A stretch of DNA of 64,000 nt from Octopus sinensis (GCF_006345805.1 NC_043006.1:98890001-98954000); one strand, 5' to 3'; positions 1 to 13,719 are shown, numbered from the stretch's first letter. Translations and numbers: made by a program. The notes: generated by a model from the letters alone, not told the origin.

Positions 1-330
1 CTATAGAGACTTTCGGATACAAAAAAAAACAAAAAAGAAACACATTCACATTCTGTTTTCTGGATGAGACGAGTTAAAATTTTTCCTTTGTAGTGTTCGG
101 GTATATTTAAATGTACAGTAGTATTTCTCTACCAGTTATAAGCTGTTTATCCATCGTTTCTTTATGGAGGTTAAGAGAATTTGGAGCGCAGATGCGAGTT
201 CATATGGCTTGAGATTGTCAGACCGTTTTCCCTATACAGTGTCGATTTATGGTGTTGTGTGCACTTCCCTTAAAGTATCAAGGATAAATAACCCGCTGAC
301 TATGTATGAACATATTCATATATATATATA

Positions 331-725
331 CTAGCAGTATCGCCCGGCGTTGCTCGGGTTTGTAAGGGAAATAATTATATAAGCATTTTTAGAGATGTAA
401 AGTATAATAGCCATCTCAATATGGCTAACCACAAAGGGGGAGGGGTGTTACTGTAGCTTTTTAGGTTCTGAGATTTAATGATAAATTTTAGAGAGTTACT
501 TCTCTTATAGATGTCAAAAATGGATTAAAAATGGGAAAAATTGATGGTAAATTTGTTTTTAAATCGTAGACTCATCGTAGACGCGCGCTAATACCCAGAC
601 GGTCTCGATATGAATCACGACTATAAGATACCCGGTTTTGGTTAAACTGCACCGCAAAATGTGGGAGTAGTTAGGAATCTAAATCGTAGGAGACAGACAC
701 ACAACCTCACTTTTATATATAAAGA
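331..725 (-). mobile_element. Non-autonomous Helitron, copy 1
   Basis: On minus strand starts TC(TTTATATATAAAAG) and ends CTAG, with hairpin CCCGAGCAACGCCGGG ~10 nt before the end; sits between A and T; second copy at 40595-40988. Confidence 0.85.
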
Positions 726-867
726 TTTCCTCTATTTACATAATATTGAGGTCTCTTTCTTTCTTTTGTTATCTTACTGTTTTTACCAATATACATATAT
801 ATATATATATAATATATATATATTATATATATATATATAATATATATATATATAATATATATATATA

Positions 868-1190
868 GTTACAGAGATGTACTTGCATAGCAAGTGACTT
901 GATCTGAGATCGTGTGCTGGAACGAAAACAGTTGCAGCGTTGAAGGTGTTTATAAGCTATTTAACAAACACACAAAAACCGTTAGATTCACTTCAACATT
1001 TGAATTTAATTTGTCAAAATATTTTCGTCGCTTTGAGACCGCGACCTGTTAGCACGATATTTTTGTCAGTGAACAGGTCGCGGTCTCAAAGCGACGAAAA
1101 TATTTTGGCAAATTAAATTTAAATGTTGAAGTGAATCTAACGGTTTTTGTGTGTTTCTTAAATGGCTTACAAACATCTTCCACGCTGCAA
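868..1190. mobile_element. Fold-back (palindromic) element between (TA)n runs, probable Penelope-type inverted pseudo-LTR pair
   Basis: Arms 932-1050 and 1072-1190 (119 bp, 7 mismatches) with a 21-nt spacer; left arm extends to 868; contains a hammerhead-like motif. Confidence 0.7.
1062..1112 (+). ncRNA. Minimal type I hammerhead-like motif with G3-C8 variant core
   Basis: TTTGTCA [GTGAACA] G GTCGC-ggtctcaaa-GCGAC GAA AATATT T TGGCAAA: 7-bp stem I, 5-bp stem II, palindromic stem III. Confidence 0.7.
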
Positions 1191-1208
1191 TATATATATA
1201 CACACATA

Positions 1209-1244
<36 letters not shown>

Positions 1245-1290
1245 TGTATGTATGTGTGTATATGTGTATGCATGTATGTGTGTGTGTGTG

Positions 1291-1506
1291 CGCGTCTGTG
1301 CTTGTGATTGTCCTCCACCACTGCTTGACAACGAATGTTGGTTTGTTTACATCCCTGTCACCGAGTGGTTTGACAAAGGAAACAGATAGAATAAGTACAA
1401 TGCTTACAAAAATAAAGCTGGAGTTGATTCATTAAACTATAATTCTTCAAGGCATTGCCCCAGCATGGCCACAGACCAATGGCTGGAAAAAGCAGAAGAA
1501 TAAAAG
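1291..1506 (+). mobile_element. 3' half of tRNA-derived SINE family C
   Basis: Matches the tail of full copies (e.g. 39831-40278): cttgacaac...gatagaataagtac...cagcatggcc. Confidence 0.7.
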
Positions 1507-1576
1507 AATACATTCTCTGCTTTGGTCTTATGTTCAAGGCATGAGAAAGCTTGAGTTTACATGAGAAGGCCTAACA

Positions 1577-1850
1577 GACCTGGTAGAAACAGCAGCCAAA
1601 TCTCCCTCAAATCACACCTTACTGTCTTATGTATGTATATATATATGAGCCAATGAGAGGGACCTCTACATGGTAGCTAGACCTGGTAGAAATAGCAGCC
1701 AAATTTCCCCCAAATCACACCTTACTGTCTTATCTATGTATATATGTATGTATGAGCCTATGAGGGAGACCCCTACATGGCAGCTAGACATGGTAGAAAT
1801 AGCAGCCAAATCTCCCTCAAATCACACCTTACTGTCTTATGTATGTATAT
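1577..1850 (+). repeat. Tandem triplication of a ~105-bp repeat unit
   Basis: Unit gacctggtagaaatagcagccaaatctccctcaaatcacaccttactgtctt starts at 1577, 1680 and 1787. Confidence 0.85.
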
Positions 1851-2069
1851 ATATATATATATATATACAAGCCACTACGGTTATTTAATGTAAAGTCTTC
1901 CTCAAATCACTCTCGCTATTTACTCTCTTCCAAGAACATTTTCGCTCACTCTTATCTCTTAGCTTCCCATACATTTTACTCATGTATCTATCAGCGTCAT
2001 AGACAGAAACAAATATTACATCTCCATCGCCATCGCCATCACCATCGCGTTCTATTTTCTACCTGTCAA

Positions 2070-2351
2070 CACACAGTGAATTAGTTTCACTTTATTCGTT
2101 GCACACTGTGTGTGTGCGTGTGTGTGTGGTGTAAACCACATTAAGAAAAGCATTTGACATACACACCAGAATGTGAGTTTTCTGTAAATTTTGCTTAATT
2201 GGAGTTTAAATTTTAAAAACTGGACCTGGCATGACCCGATGCATTCTACTCTTAAAAATGCTAGGTAAATTGTAATTGAAGAAATCCTATATTGTAGATT
2301 TCTATAACTGACAAAGGGAGGCAGATAAAATCTGCCTTTTATAATAAGAGA
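2070..2351 (-). mobile_element. Possible Helitron-like 5' end fragment
   Basis: Minus strand starts TCTCTTATTATAAAAGGCAG, resembling the other Helitron's TCTTTATATATAAAAG, followed by hairpin GGCAGATTTTATCTGCC; no CTAG end found, so the left boundary is a guess. Confidence 0.4.
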
Positions 2352-2394
2352 TATATAGTGGATAGTAAAGATATATATATATATATATATATAT

Positions 2395-2619
2395 CTTTAC
2401 TATCCACAAGGGACTAAACACAGAGAGGACAAACAAGAACAGACAAACGGATTATGTCGATTATATCGACCCCAGTGCGTAACTGGTACTTACTTACTCG
2501 AACCCGAAAGGATGAAAGGCAAAGTCGACCTCGGCGGAATTTGAACTCAGAACGTAACGGCGGGCGAAACACCGCTAAGCATTTCGCATGGCGTGCTAAC
2601 GTTTCTGCCAGCTCGCCTC
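2395..2619 (-). mobile_element. tRNA-derived SINE family A (central domain resembles Nin-type SINE core)
   Basis: ggcgagctggcagaaacgttagc head, B box GAGTTCAAATTCC, core gtcgactttgcctttcatcctttcggg. Confidence 0.8.
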
Positions 2620-2622
2620 ATA

Positions 2623-2733
<111 letters not shown>

Positions 2734-2739
2734 ATATAT

Positions 2740-2774
<35 letters not shown>

Positions 2775-2775
2775 G

Positions 2776-2860
<85 letters not shown>
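2776..2860. repeat. (GATA)n microsatellite following a long (TA)n
   Basis: Direct reading. Confidence 0.95.
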
Positions 2861-4438
2861 TATGTGTATGTATATGAAGAGATATTTAGGGGTATGAAGG
2901 TAGAATAATGCGCAGGTGTTCTACTTTAAATAACAAATTCTACATGCCCGCTTTGCATTGACATTTTATATTTGTTAAGTGTGCTCAGAATATATCTCTC
3001 AGAAGATGACTGAAGTATATTGAAGACAATATAATTCCACTCAAATACTCATTTATGTATTTGAATACCTGATCAGTTATCCTTTAAACTGCATTTATCA
3101 CAGTCATTTTCGGTTTGTCTCAATGTTAATCTTTTTCGAATACTTAATTTCCCTAGTGCTAACAATCGAATGCATGAGGAATATATTCGCTAATGAAGTT
3201 GAAAGAAAGAAATATGTTCGGAATTTCTTCCCTTGTTTATCTATAAAATATATAAACATCTCAGTTTCGTTGTTTATATTTCCGAAAACGACTGCTTTGA
3301 AGTTTAATCTTTCCGATGGCCCCCCTGCCCCTGCCAATTTTTTTTTTTTTTATTTGAAATCATCAAAGCAGCTTTTACATATTTCGTTCCATTTTCTGTG
3401 AAAACATCTAGATGAGTATGGGGAAACGACAAGAGGAAAAATATGAATATGTATAACAAACATGTATGAACATAATGATTTCTTTGTATTTTTATTCTTG
3501 AAATTTCGTCAGTAATAATCATAAAAATGTGTTCAACGACTTGCAACATCTCCTAACGCAAAGCAATATTATTTATTTATTATTTTTTTTCTTTTTTCTG
3601 GATAGCTCTTGTTACAGTCATGTGCTTGAGTAAATTCCTAAAATACTTACTACAAATAGTACTCCAGCTAGCAGAATGCCGTGTCTATATTCTCTGTATT
3701 AGTAGGAACAGGAGTATACTTCATATTTTTACATAGTGCCTTGTAAAGTTGTCGCATTTTGTTCTCATTTAAGCTGTTGATATAAATATTTACATGAACA
3801 TTCGCGTACTTCCATTATCTGAACTCATTAAGAAACTGATAATACGAGTAATGCTGTGTATCCCAACATTATCTTGAATAATTACTTTTCTTCCTGTATG
3901 TATAATGTGTAGAATGAATCAAACCTAATCTTAAAGTAAGAAACCATTAATTTAACTCCATGTACAGATGGAGGTATCATTACAGCCATGAACTGTCACA
4001 TATCTCAAACAAAACATTTGGTCTTTGGATGTGCCTTCCACAATAATATTCGGTATAACAAATTTTGCTTGAAGTCTTTCAGATCATCAGGTGTCTTGTA
4101 AACGACATTTCGGAAAGTTTCCCTGAATTTATAAAAGCGACTACTTAAAGATGTGCACCTACGTATATTTTATACCACTGATATTATGGAAACTAAATCC
4201 ACATTTCAACGCAAAAACAATCAACATGAATACATTTCCAATTCCGTTACCATGGTATACACAATGTAAAGTCGATAAGTATCATGGAGGTATCCCAGCC
4301 CAATTAAAGCTAGGATTAGATCACATTAATATAAATAATGCAGAGATTTCGCGAAAAATAGGTAGTTTCCTCCCATATCATTTGCTGTCTGGAATAGCAA
4401 ATTCTACATAAAATCTAAAACAACAAATATATGTATGT

Positions 4439-4483
<45 letters not shown>

Positions 4484-4494
4484 CACATAGATAC

Positions 4495-4571
<77 letters not shown>

Positions 4572-5109
4572 GATACATATATATGTGTGTGTGTGTGTAT
4601 GTATAATGGATGATAAAACGAATGGTTTAGATCTGGTAGCTTAGTGGTGGAGCACGGTCACTTTCACAGTGATTGTTATGCATATGGATTGATGAGGCTA
4701 CGATTAAATTAAATGATTCCCATAAGGGTGCGTAAATTTTGGAATTATACACTAGCAGTTAGAATATAGTGTTATTTTATCACAAAAAGGATAAATCTAA
4801 CCAGTGTTTTTACGTAGTACTATAGTCACGTATACTCAGATTTGTTGCACCAATTCATGATTCTAAGCATTGAAATGAATTGTGAAAGCGTGGAGATTAT
4901 GTACGGGACGGCAACCACATCACTACTGCAGAGTAAGCACTTATTTGAGATTTGTCTTTCCAAACATGGAGTACAAGCGTTCAACGTTCAACGGTCCTCA
5001 AACAACAAAACCTATTTGAATGTAGATAGTTAAACGATGAATTTCGTGGTAAAAACTGGCGACACTCGGTGAATTGTTTGCAAGGAATAAACATATGAAC
5101 AAATGTCGA

Positions 5110-5175
5110 AAAATATGTTTCGGTGTTTGAATCCCACAGTGCCTGAATGAGAATGATCTCCCCATCATCAGTTTT
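5110..5175 (-). ncRNA. Decayed type I hammerhead-like motif
   Basis: AAAA CTGATGA T GG...CC GAA ACAT A TTTT; stem III ACAT could be CpG-decayed ACGT; stem II weak. Confidence 0.4.
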
Positions 5176-5289
5176 AAAGAACATCTAACTTGCGGTTGAA
5201 CACTGTATTAGGTTTGGAAAATGGAATGCATTTTGTTAAAAACTGAACTTATGTATATGTATATGTGTATGAATTTATGCATATGTACA

Positions 5290-5358
<69 letters not shown>

Positions 5359-5515
5359 CATATATGTATGTATATATATATCTACATACATACATATATA
5401 TATATGTATGTATATATATATATAACGTATATATATATATGTATGTATGTAGATATATATATATACATACATATATATATGTATGTATATATATTATATA
5501 TATAATATATATATA

Positions 5516-5560
<45 letters not shown>

Positions 5561-6139
5561 TACACACACACACGCACACACACACATATATGCGGGGGGA
5601 AATGTGTTGTCAAAGGATGAAGATGAAAAAGAATGAAGGAGGAGAGATAAGGTCCTTAGTCCCCTTCTCATCCTTCTTCTTTTCTTCATTCTTTCACCAT
5701 GATCTCTATACTACTTATTCATCCCATATTTCTATTTACTTTTCGCTTTTTCCGATTTAAGTAAAAGAAAACAACGTCTGGAAGACGTACAAATAAGAGC
5801 ACACCAAAGTACAGTCTTAGCCAAATATAAAGAAATATATTTACAGGAATAAAAAAAGCAAACTTCTGGTTATCATATGCTTTCAAATCCAAAATGCACT
5901 CGCGTTACCTTCACCAGATGGATGTCTGTAAATGGTAATTTTATTTAAATTATCCTTGAATCGAACATTAAGTTTTATGTGCAGTTAATGCTAACAAAAT
6001 GTTGGAGTATTTTGTAAACAAAATCAGTACCATTGTACAGGTTTTAAGAATATTTTCAGTGAACCTACAAACAAGTATTAAATTAAATCCTACAAAGGCA
6101 TGTGCTTGAAGGCATTTATGTACTGCATACAAATATTGG

Positions 6140-6337
6140 TTTTCAAATTTTGGCACAAGGCCAGCAAGTTATGAGGAGGTGATAAGTCGGTTACATCGAT
6201 CCCACTACTCAGCGGTTACTTATTTTGTGAATCCCTAAATGATGAATGACAAAGTCGACCACGGTGGAGTGTGAATTCAGAACGTAGAAATGGACTAAGC
6301 GTTTAACCAGGCGTTCTAACGTTTCTGCCAGCTCCCA
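6140..6337 (-). mobile_element. Diverged SINE family A
   Basis: ctaacgtttctgccagctc head, aaagtcgacc core. Confidence 0.65.
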
Positions 6338-6509
6338 GCAATCTATGCGCACAAATATTGGTAACAACTAAAGACCCACATACTGACATTTCATGATCAT
6401 TTATGAATTTAGTACACTAAATTATAAATGCAGCTAGATACGGGTTTATGCATATATATATATATATATATACATTTAATTCATTTTATTATATTTAATT
6501 ATATCTATG

Positions 6510-6602
<93 letters not shown>

Positions 6603-9196
6603 GGTTTTGACAGTAAATCAAAGTTCAATAAATATTTGATATAAAATTTTATTTATTCATTCCAATTACGAATGTTTAATTATTGAATGCTGTGGGTTAA
6701 AATAACCGTTTTCAACATTTCTCTGTTTATTAGCGAAGTATCATAGGAAAAAGGGGTTAGGGGTTTGTGGGCGTTTGTGTAATGCATACGAATATTTAAA
6801 TATCACCTGAGAAAACACAACAAGATCTCATAATGCAAGGAAACGGTTACATAACCAAATATCTGCAAGCCAGGAGAAGCACGTTGCGCTTGCTGGCTTC
6901 AACTCATTCAATTATCTATTCACACAGTATAGAAGCCGCATCGCAAATCTAACAGTACACATAATACTACTACTGGATAACACTGGGTGAAATCAGAAGT
7001 TGGAGGAGCTAAACAGAATATAACTTAACTAAATATATACGTGCGTGTGTCTATGTGTCTGTGTGTGAGTGTGTATGTGTATGTGTGTGTAGCACACACA
7101 CATACACACAACAACATTGACGTTGCACACCTCCTTTCCACTGCTATACTTATCCTCAACAGCCACTATTAAAAGAACAAGCTTATATTCTGCTTAATTA
7201 AACTTTACTACATGTTGTGACTAAATATTCTATCATTGCGAATATAAGCATCAGTGTACCCCAGGATGTGCCGATTGATGTGTTGCTTTGTAAAGTACCA
7301 AGTCCTGCAGGCAAAGTACGTGTCCTTGAGCTTGGTTGTTGTTCAAATATTTCACGCTGGACTTAGAGTAAAGAATCTAAAGAAATAGAATAATTACTGT
7401 AAAGGATTTCTGATGCAGTCATTATTCTGCGAACAATGCAATGATACTGATAATTGGGTGCTTAGACTTACCATGGTAGCTAACGTATTCTTGAGGGAAG
7501 AAATATGACAGAGGCATGAATTATCAGTGAGCCCTAACTATAAATGCAAGTTATCATTTTCCTATATATTTTCTCCTAACAACCACACGCCAATAACATA
7601 TAACTTATCGAGCATCATAACGGTAATGGTGAAGCTTCTATGGTCATTTATATATCTCTTTGATTTTTGCATTGTTTATCTATACTCATATTTCGTGTTA
7701 AAGATTTGGATTGATTGTTTATTCCAATAATTCAATTTTTAGTTGATTCAATTTGAAGTCGAACCATTCGATTATGAAACGAAAGTAAAATCCATATTAA
7801 GGGGCAATTTTCTTCAAGATTCAGTACCAGGTGATCTATCTGATAAAACAAATTTGAAAAATTAGCAAACAAGAACTACACAAATCCCTTCATATAAACC
7901 GTCAAGACATATTGCATAAGGCTGACCTGGATACACAGAAAGAAAAAAATATATGATAGGTATATTAAATCAAGTTGATCTTAGTTTATACACTAATAAT
8001 AAATGGAACACCTTACACATCACTAATCTTTGAAAGTATCGTTAGAATTTATAATCAATGTTTCATTTAGTTCTCGGATCACAGGTGGAAAATTGTAGGT
8101 TAGGGTTAGTTCACATCATTAATACTTCCAATATATATATGATCCTGACAAATCGATGCGCTGGTCTTGCATGAAAAGACATTTTAAAAATTGATCAAAT
8201 GTAAATGTTCTTCTTCCAATCCTAACATTACTAATAAACTTTTTATATTTCAAGCTTGCAGGGCAGAAAAAGCGTTATATAGGATGAGAGGCAATAATTT
8301 CTATTCAACTGCCTATACAGCTTATTCCTATGAATAACCCAAACTTCCCATGTTTAGTGTAAATGATCAAACGTTAGATGATTAGAGGGTAGGATCGGCT
8401 GAAATTATCGAGCGTTGGCATAAATATCTTAATAATTTACGTTTACATTTCCGCATTTTGCGTTGTAACAGAGGGGCAATTGATTTGACTGTATTCATTC
8501 ATTGTGGTGGAGATCATCACCTTTGTTACTTTTGGGTACTTTGAAACCATGTACAAATGTTTTACCCTAAAACTAAAGCATTAGTAGTAATTCAAAGATT
8601 AAAAATAATGTGGTTAGCCGGTTGAAATTACAGATATAAGAATTCTTCCTTTACATAATTTACATTGCAGTGGAAGTCTCGCTAGATCTTTGGCCAAAAT
8701 ACTTTCGATTTTGAGAAACATCAATAAAATTCCCACTTAATATAGGGTTTGTTCAAAAATCTGTTCCATATGCTCTCTTGAAAAACGTATCATTTAAAGC
8801 AGTTAATAACATGGAATAACTGTGTAACTAACAAGAACAAAATATTCTTTTTATGCTGCATCTTAGCAGGAATTAAGGACATACCAATGGACAGATAAGA
8901 GACCCCTTCAGAGTTCATTAAAGGACTTTTGCTATTCAAAGGGTATTGGATATATTTACTGGGATGTTATCTCCCTTTCACTAAAGATTTCTCGTGAAAT
9001 CTCGATTGCATCGAACGCAAAAGTTCTTGTAGCTTTTAACAGCTTTATAAATGGTGAAATGAATTCATATTACGGGCAAGAAACCCCAGGCAGCTGTATT
9101 TATCATACCTTTACTTTCTTAACTGATCGAGTGATATACTACTTTCGAAAAATCTTATATATATATATATATATATAATATAAATTAGAGACAATC

Positions 9197-9247
<51 letters not shown>

Positions 9248-9248
9248 C

Positions 9249-9279
<31 letters not shown>

Positions 9280-9332
9280 CGTATTTATGTGCGCATAAAT
9301 GTGTGTGTGCGCGTGTTTCTCTCTCTCTCTCC

Positions 9333-9366
<34 letters not shown>

Positions 9367-10312
9367 GGAGAGATGTATAATAGCTGATCCTATTCTGAAT
9401 ATTCCTTTACTATCCTTCCATTTTGAAATGTAGTAAGCCATAGCTTCAAACATATGGTTCAGGAACTAGTATCGATCCGAATTAATTATGAAATATAACA
9501 CAACAAACTCACAAAATTTCTATGCAAAATATTTAAAAAAGTATAAAATATATAAAAATTGAAAGATTAAATTGACAAATGTATAGAAGGGAAGACGTGA
9601 GAATGGAGTGAAAGAAAACGAAAGGAAAATGTATGAATTAAACTATAGATTTTCTTGTTTGAACGCTAGAGACATGATGTAAAAATGTTATAGCGCAAGC
9701 GAGTGCAAAAGGAAATAGGAGGAAATTAGATAGCAAAAAATTTGAGATGAACGGACAAGGGCAAATGAAATAAGCAAATTCTTAAAACTGAAGGAGTGAA
9801 AGTGTGATAGAGAGGAGGGAGAGAGGGTGAGAGAGACTGAGAGGCAAACAGATCCTGTTTGTGTGAGTACGTGCGTGTGCATGTATGTGTGTTGGAAATA
9901 TACGCTAGTAATATACAAAATCAAAGAAAACTGTCATAATAGACTGGTATAGGAAGCGAAAAACTTCACAAATATCGGTATAATTATTCGTTAGGTGCGG
10001 GAAAAATGGCGAACTAATTCGCATATCAGGATACGTAATATATTGTTAGTTACTTCCAGTTTATTATAACTACTGATATTCATAAAAAAGATATTTTAAG
10101 CAGCCAATAGATCCTCTTATTTCATTGCCATTAAATTGGTACTGAAAATGTACCTAATAAGATTTCGTTCTGCAAAGTCATTCATTTAGTTATCTTTAGT
10201 GACAAAAGTAGACAGACTTAGATTTTGGTGGCGTCAGATTTCTTCCGTTTCATATACTCATACGTCTGTTACATTTAAAAACAATTCTGCCATGGTTACA
10301 CATCTACACATA

Positions 10313-10551
10313 CTCTTTACTCTTTTACTCTTTTACTTGTTTCAGTCATTTGACTGCGGCCATGCTGGAGCACCGCCTTTAGTCGAGCAAATCGATCCCG
10401 GGACTTATTCTTTGTAAGCCCAGTATTTATTCTATTGGTCTCTTTTTGCCGAACCGCTAAGTGACGGAGACGTAAACACACCAGCATCGGTTGTCAAGCA
10501 ATGCTAGGGGGACAAACACAGACACACAAACACACACACGCATACATACAT

Positions 10552-10591
<40 letters not shown>

Positions 10592-10754
10592 CGACAGGCT
10601 TCTTTCAGTTTCCGTCTACCAAATCCACTCACAAGACATTGGTCGACCCGGGGCTATAGCAGAAAACACTTACCCAAGATGCCACGCAGTGGGACTGAAC
10701 CCGGAATCATGTGGTTGGTTAGCAAGCTACTTACCACACAGCCACTCCTACGCG
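10313..10754 (-). mobile_element. Full-length SINE family C (tRNA head, internal (TA)n/(CA)n, gtaaaaga tail)
   Basis: Near-identical to 39831-40278, 50918-51373 and 58528-58926. Confidence 0.9.
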
Positions 10755-11966
10755 TATATGAATACTTAATCTATGGTAATAGAATCCACTTTATTTTTCG
10801 ACAAATATAAGCACATTTGAAGATTTCAGTATTAAAATTTAGCATTGTTATCTGTAATGTCACCTGATGATTCACATATGTTTTGTTTGCCATTAACTGT
10901 GGCGGAAAGAAATATCTAGGCCGTCACTTGTTCGTCATGATGTTTGTTTACGAGCAGACATGGCAGGTATTTTGCAGCAGCATTTCCCTTATAAAATCAC
11001 GTAGAGTTCATATTTATAGAGATTTGCATATTTCAAACTTCATTGGTACCCAGATGTCGATTTCTAAGAAGCACAAAACGCACTTCCCTAGTATCAATAG
11101 CACATGTGAATCATCGTCAGAATTTAAAATCGTCCTCGCTTATTTTTTTTTCTATGGTTTCAAAGAATTGTGTTTCACATGACATTATGAATCTATTCAA
11201 AATCGTCACGATGGTAATTTTGCTACACGAGAAATATATTTCCCATATTTAAAACAGAATTTCACAAAAATATACAAATAAAAAAAATAAACAACGTGAT
11301 GTAATGTAGCTACCATTAGGTTGGATCTCAAGGATATCGTTAGTGTTCCACTACTAAGTATGTTACATTTGCTCTTTTGTGATTATTCCGAATTCGGTAT
11401 TGAATGTCTATATTTCGTTCCATTTTGCCAGTTTTTCAAATCTTGTACAAAACAAAGCGTTGATATTCTGTTGTAGTCACCAAATATTTCTGTAAAGGGA
11501 TATAGACTACAGAAAATGAAGGCATCTATTACCAAATTTAATAACACACTATTCTGGAAGTAGTCTCTCTGTATGTGTGTGTGTGAGGGAGAGATAGAAA
11601 ATTAGAGAGAGGGGAACAGGGTAGCGATGGCTCTTTTCTGTGCCATTTGGTCAAAACACTATATTATATGGTTTCAATGTTGCCTTTAGTCTAAAAGTGT
11701 CGGTTAAGGTCATGTATGCAAATAATCTGACTCTGCTATTATAAGTTATGCTAATTCTTTCAAATTTTGTCAGAAGACTAGTAGATTTAGATAGAAAGGG
11801 TGGGTCGATTATACCTGCCATAATACTTTGTGTTATCGATAATGGAGGGATGAAAGGTAATATTGATCTGCGCGGAACTATAAAGAGACTCAGACAATAA
11901 GAAGCCGGAAGAAACGTTTTTACGCATTTTACCCAATGCGCTAAACTCCAAAATACTCCGTATAAT

Positions 11967-12352
11967 GTGGAAGCACTCCGTCGGTTACGACGACAAGGGT
12001 TCCGGTTGATACGATCAACGAAACAGCCTGCTCGTGAAATTAACTTGTAAGTGGCTCAGCACTCCACAGACACGTGTACCCTTAACGTAGTTCTCGGGGA
12101 TATTCAGCGTGACACAGAGTGTGACAAGGCCGGCCCTTTGAAATACAGGTACAACAGAAACAGGAAGAAAGAGTGAGAGAAAGTTGTGGTGAAAGAGTAC
12201 AGCAGGGATCACCACCATCCCTGCCGGAGCATCGTGGAGCTTTAGGTGTTTTCGCTCAATAAACACCCACAACGCCCGGTCTGGGAATCGAAGCCGCGAT
12301 CCTACGACCGCGAGTCCGCTGCCCTAACCACTGGGCCATTGCGCCTCCACAA
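11967..12352 (-). mobile_element. Full-length tRNA-derived SINE family B
   Basis: A box TGGCCCAGTGG, B box GGCTTCGATTCC; 10-bp TSD TCCGTATAAT at 11957-11966 and 12353-12362. Confidence 0.92.
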
Positions 12353-12954
12353 TCCGTATAATTTCTTTTGTTTAAATTGCTACAATTGCCGGATTGGTTT
12401 CAACTAGATAGCGTCAGATAGAGACCTACGAGCATACCCGGCCATTTTAAATATTCGATTAATACTTGTTTCTGCATGAACAAGAAATTATTGTTATTTA
12501 TCGCCAGGTCAGTTCTGATCACCCAGTGATTAGATATTTAAACATTATCTTTTGGGTCATATATAGTAGATCAAAGTCTGAAACAATCAATGCACAATTT
12601 CAGCTTAATGAGAGCAGTATAAATATTTTCATTGGAGGTTTAGCCATTAGTTTACTATATCAAGTGACTGCCTAAAGGCACCGGGAAGACAATATATGCA
12701 TATGTATTCTTTCATAAACCACCAAAATTTTCATGACCATGATAAGATGATCAGACGATATTTTTCTACCATCATTCATCAGTCTACTATTTATGCAACG
12801 CAATAAATAAGGCATCTATTATTATTTCTTATTAAATCAGTTAAGAGATATAGGTTGTGCCTTGTATATCGACAACTGGTAATTAGTAAAACGCGCTTAG
12901 ATTGGGAATTCCAGTGATTTAATCACACCTGCTGCAACTCCACCTCCTCCTGCT

Positions 12955-12957
12955 ATA

Positions 12958-13018
<61 letters not shown>

Positions 13019-13062
13019 ATAATAATAATATAATAATAATAATAATAATACTGCTGCTGCTG
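12955..13062. repeat. Compound (CTA)n(TAA)n(CTG)n microsatellite
   Basis: Direct reading. Confidence 0.95.
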
Positions 13063-13309
13063 CTACCACGACCAAATGCGCAAAGCGGAGAAAATGAAAC
13101 GAATATGGACGACTTGTTCAGAAACATACCCGTGGGGGGAACGGTCCTCAAAAGTAACCTTCAATTGTCCCCGCACCACCAATTCCAATGTTCTCGGAAT
13201 CTACATGGTCCGTGGTATATTTGTGGAAAATTTCAATAAAAAAACATCTATTTCTTGAAAGTTGAGACGAATTGAAATGGACTCAGGTGAATTTTTAGGA
13301 ATTTGTCTT

Positions 13310-13673
13310 TCTATCTTCTCTCCTTGTGATGCATGAACATTTAATGTGGTTTTAGAGTCAGATCTTGGCTGCTATTTTCAGCAAAGCGGTATCTCGTAGA
13401 TACCCTAAATTATATTTTTAATAATTATTACCTTTGAAGGTTTTTATTTCCATGTTGGCTACTTGATAAGATGGTTATTTAATTTAATTTAAATTAACGA
13501 TCTTATCCTTATATAAATTTAAATTTATTTCGTCACTGTATTTAATGCGGTGATATTTTAACCTTATCGCACAATGGAGTTACGAAGCGGACACTTTAAA
13601 CTGGGTGTCATGCATACGTGCATATATATATATGTATGTATACGTTCGTATATGTAAGTATTCGTAACATAAA

Positions 13674-13719
<46 letters not shown>

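Noticed and set aside
4050-4110. TCATCAGGTGTCTTG matching the Penelope LTR hammerhead flank
   Set aside because: Only ~15 nt match; no stem II or GAAAC in correct spacing
7198-7356. Possible minus-strand terminal exon with hydrophobic C-terminus (GPI-signal-like)
   Set aside because: 53 codons is within chance; no partner exons or homology recognised
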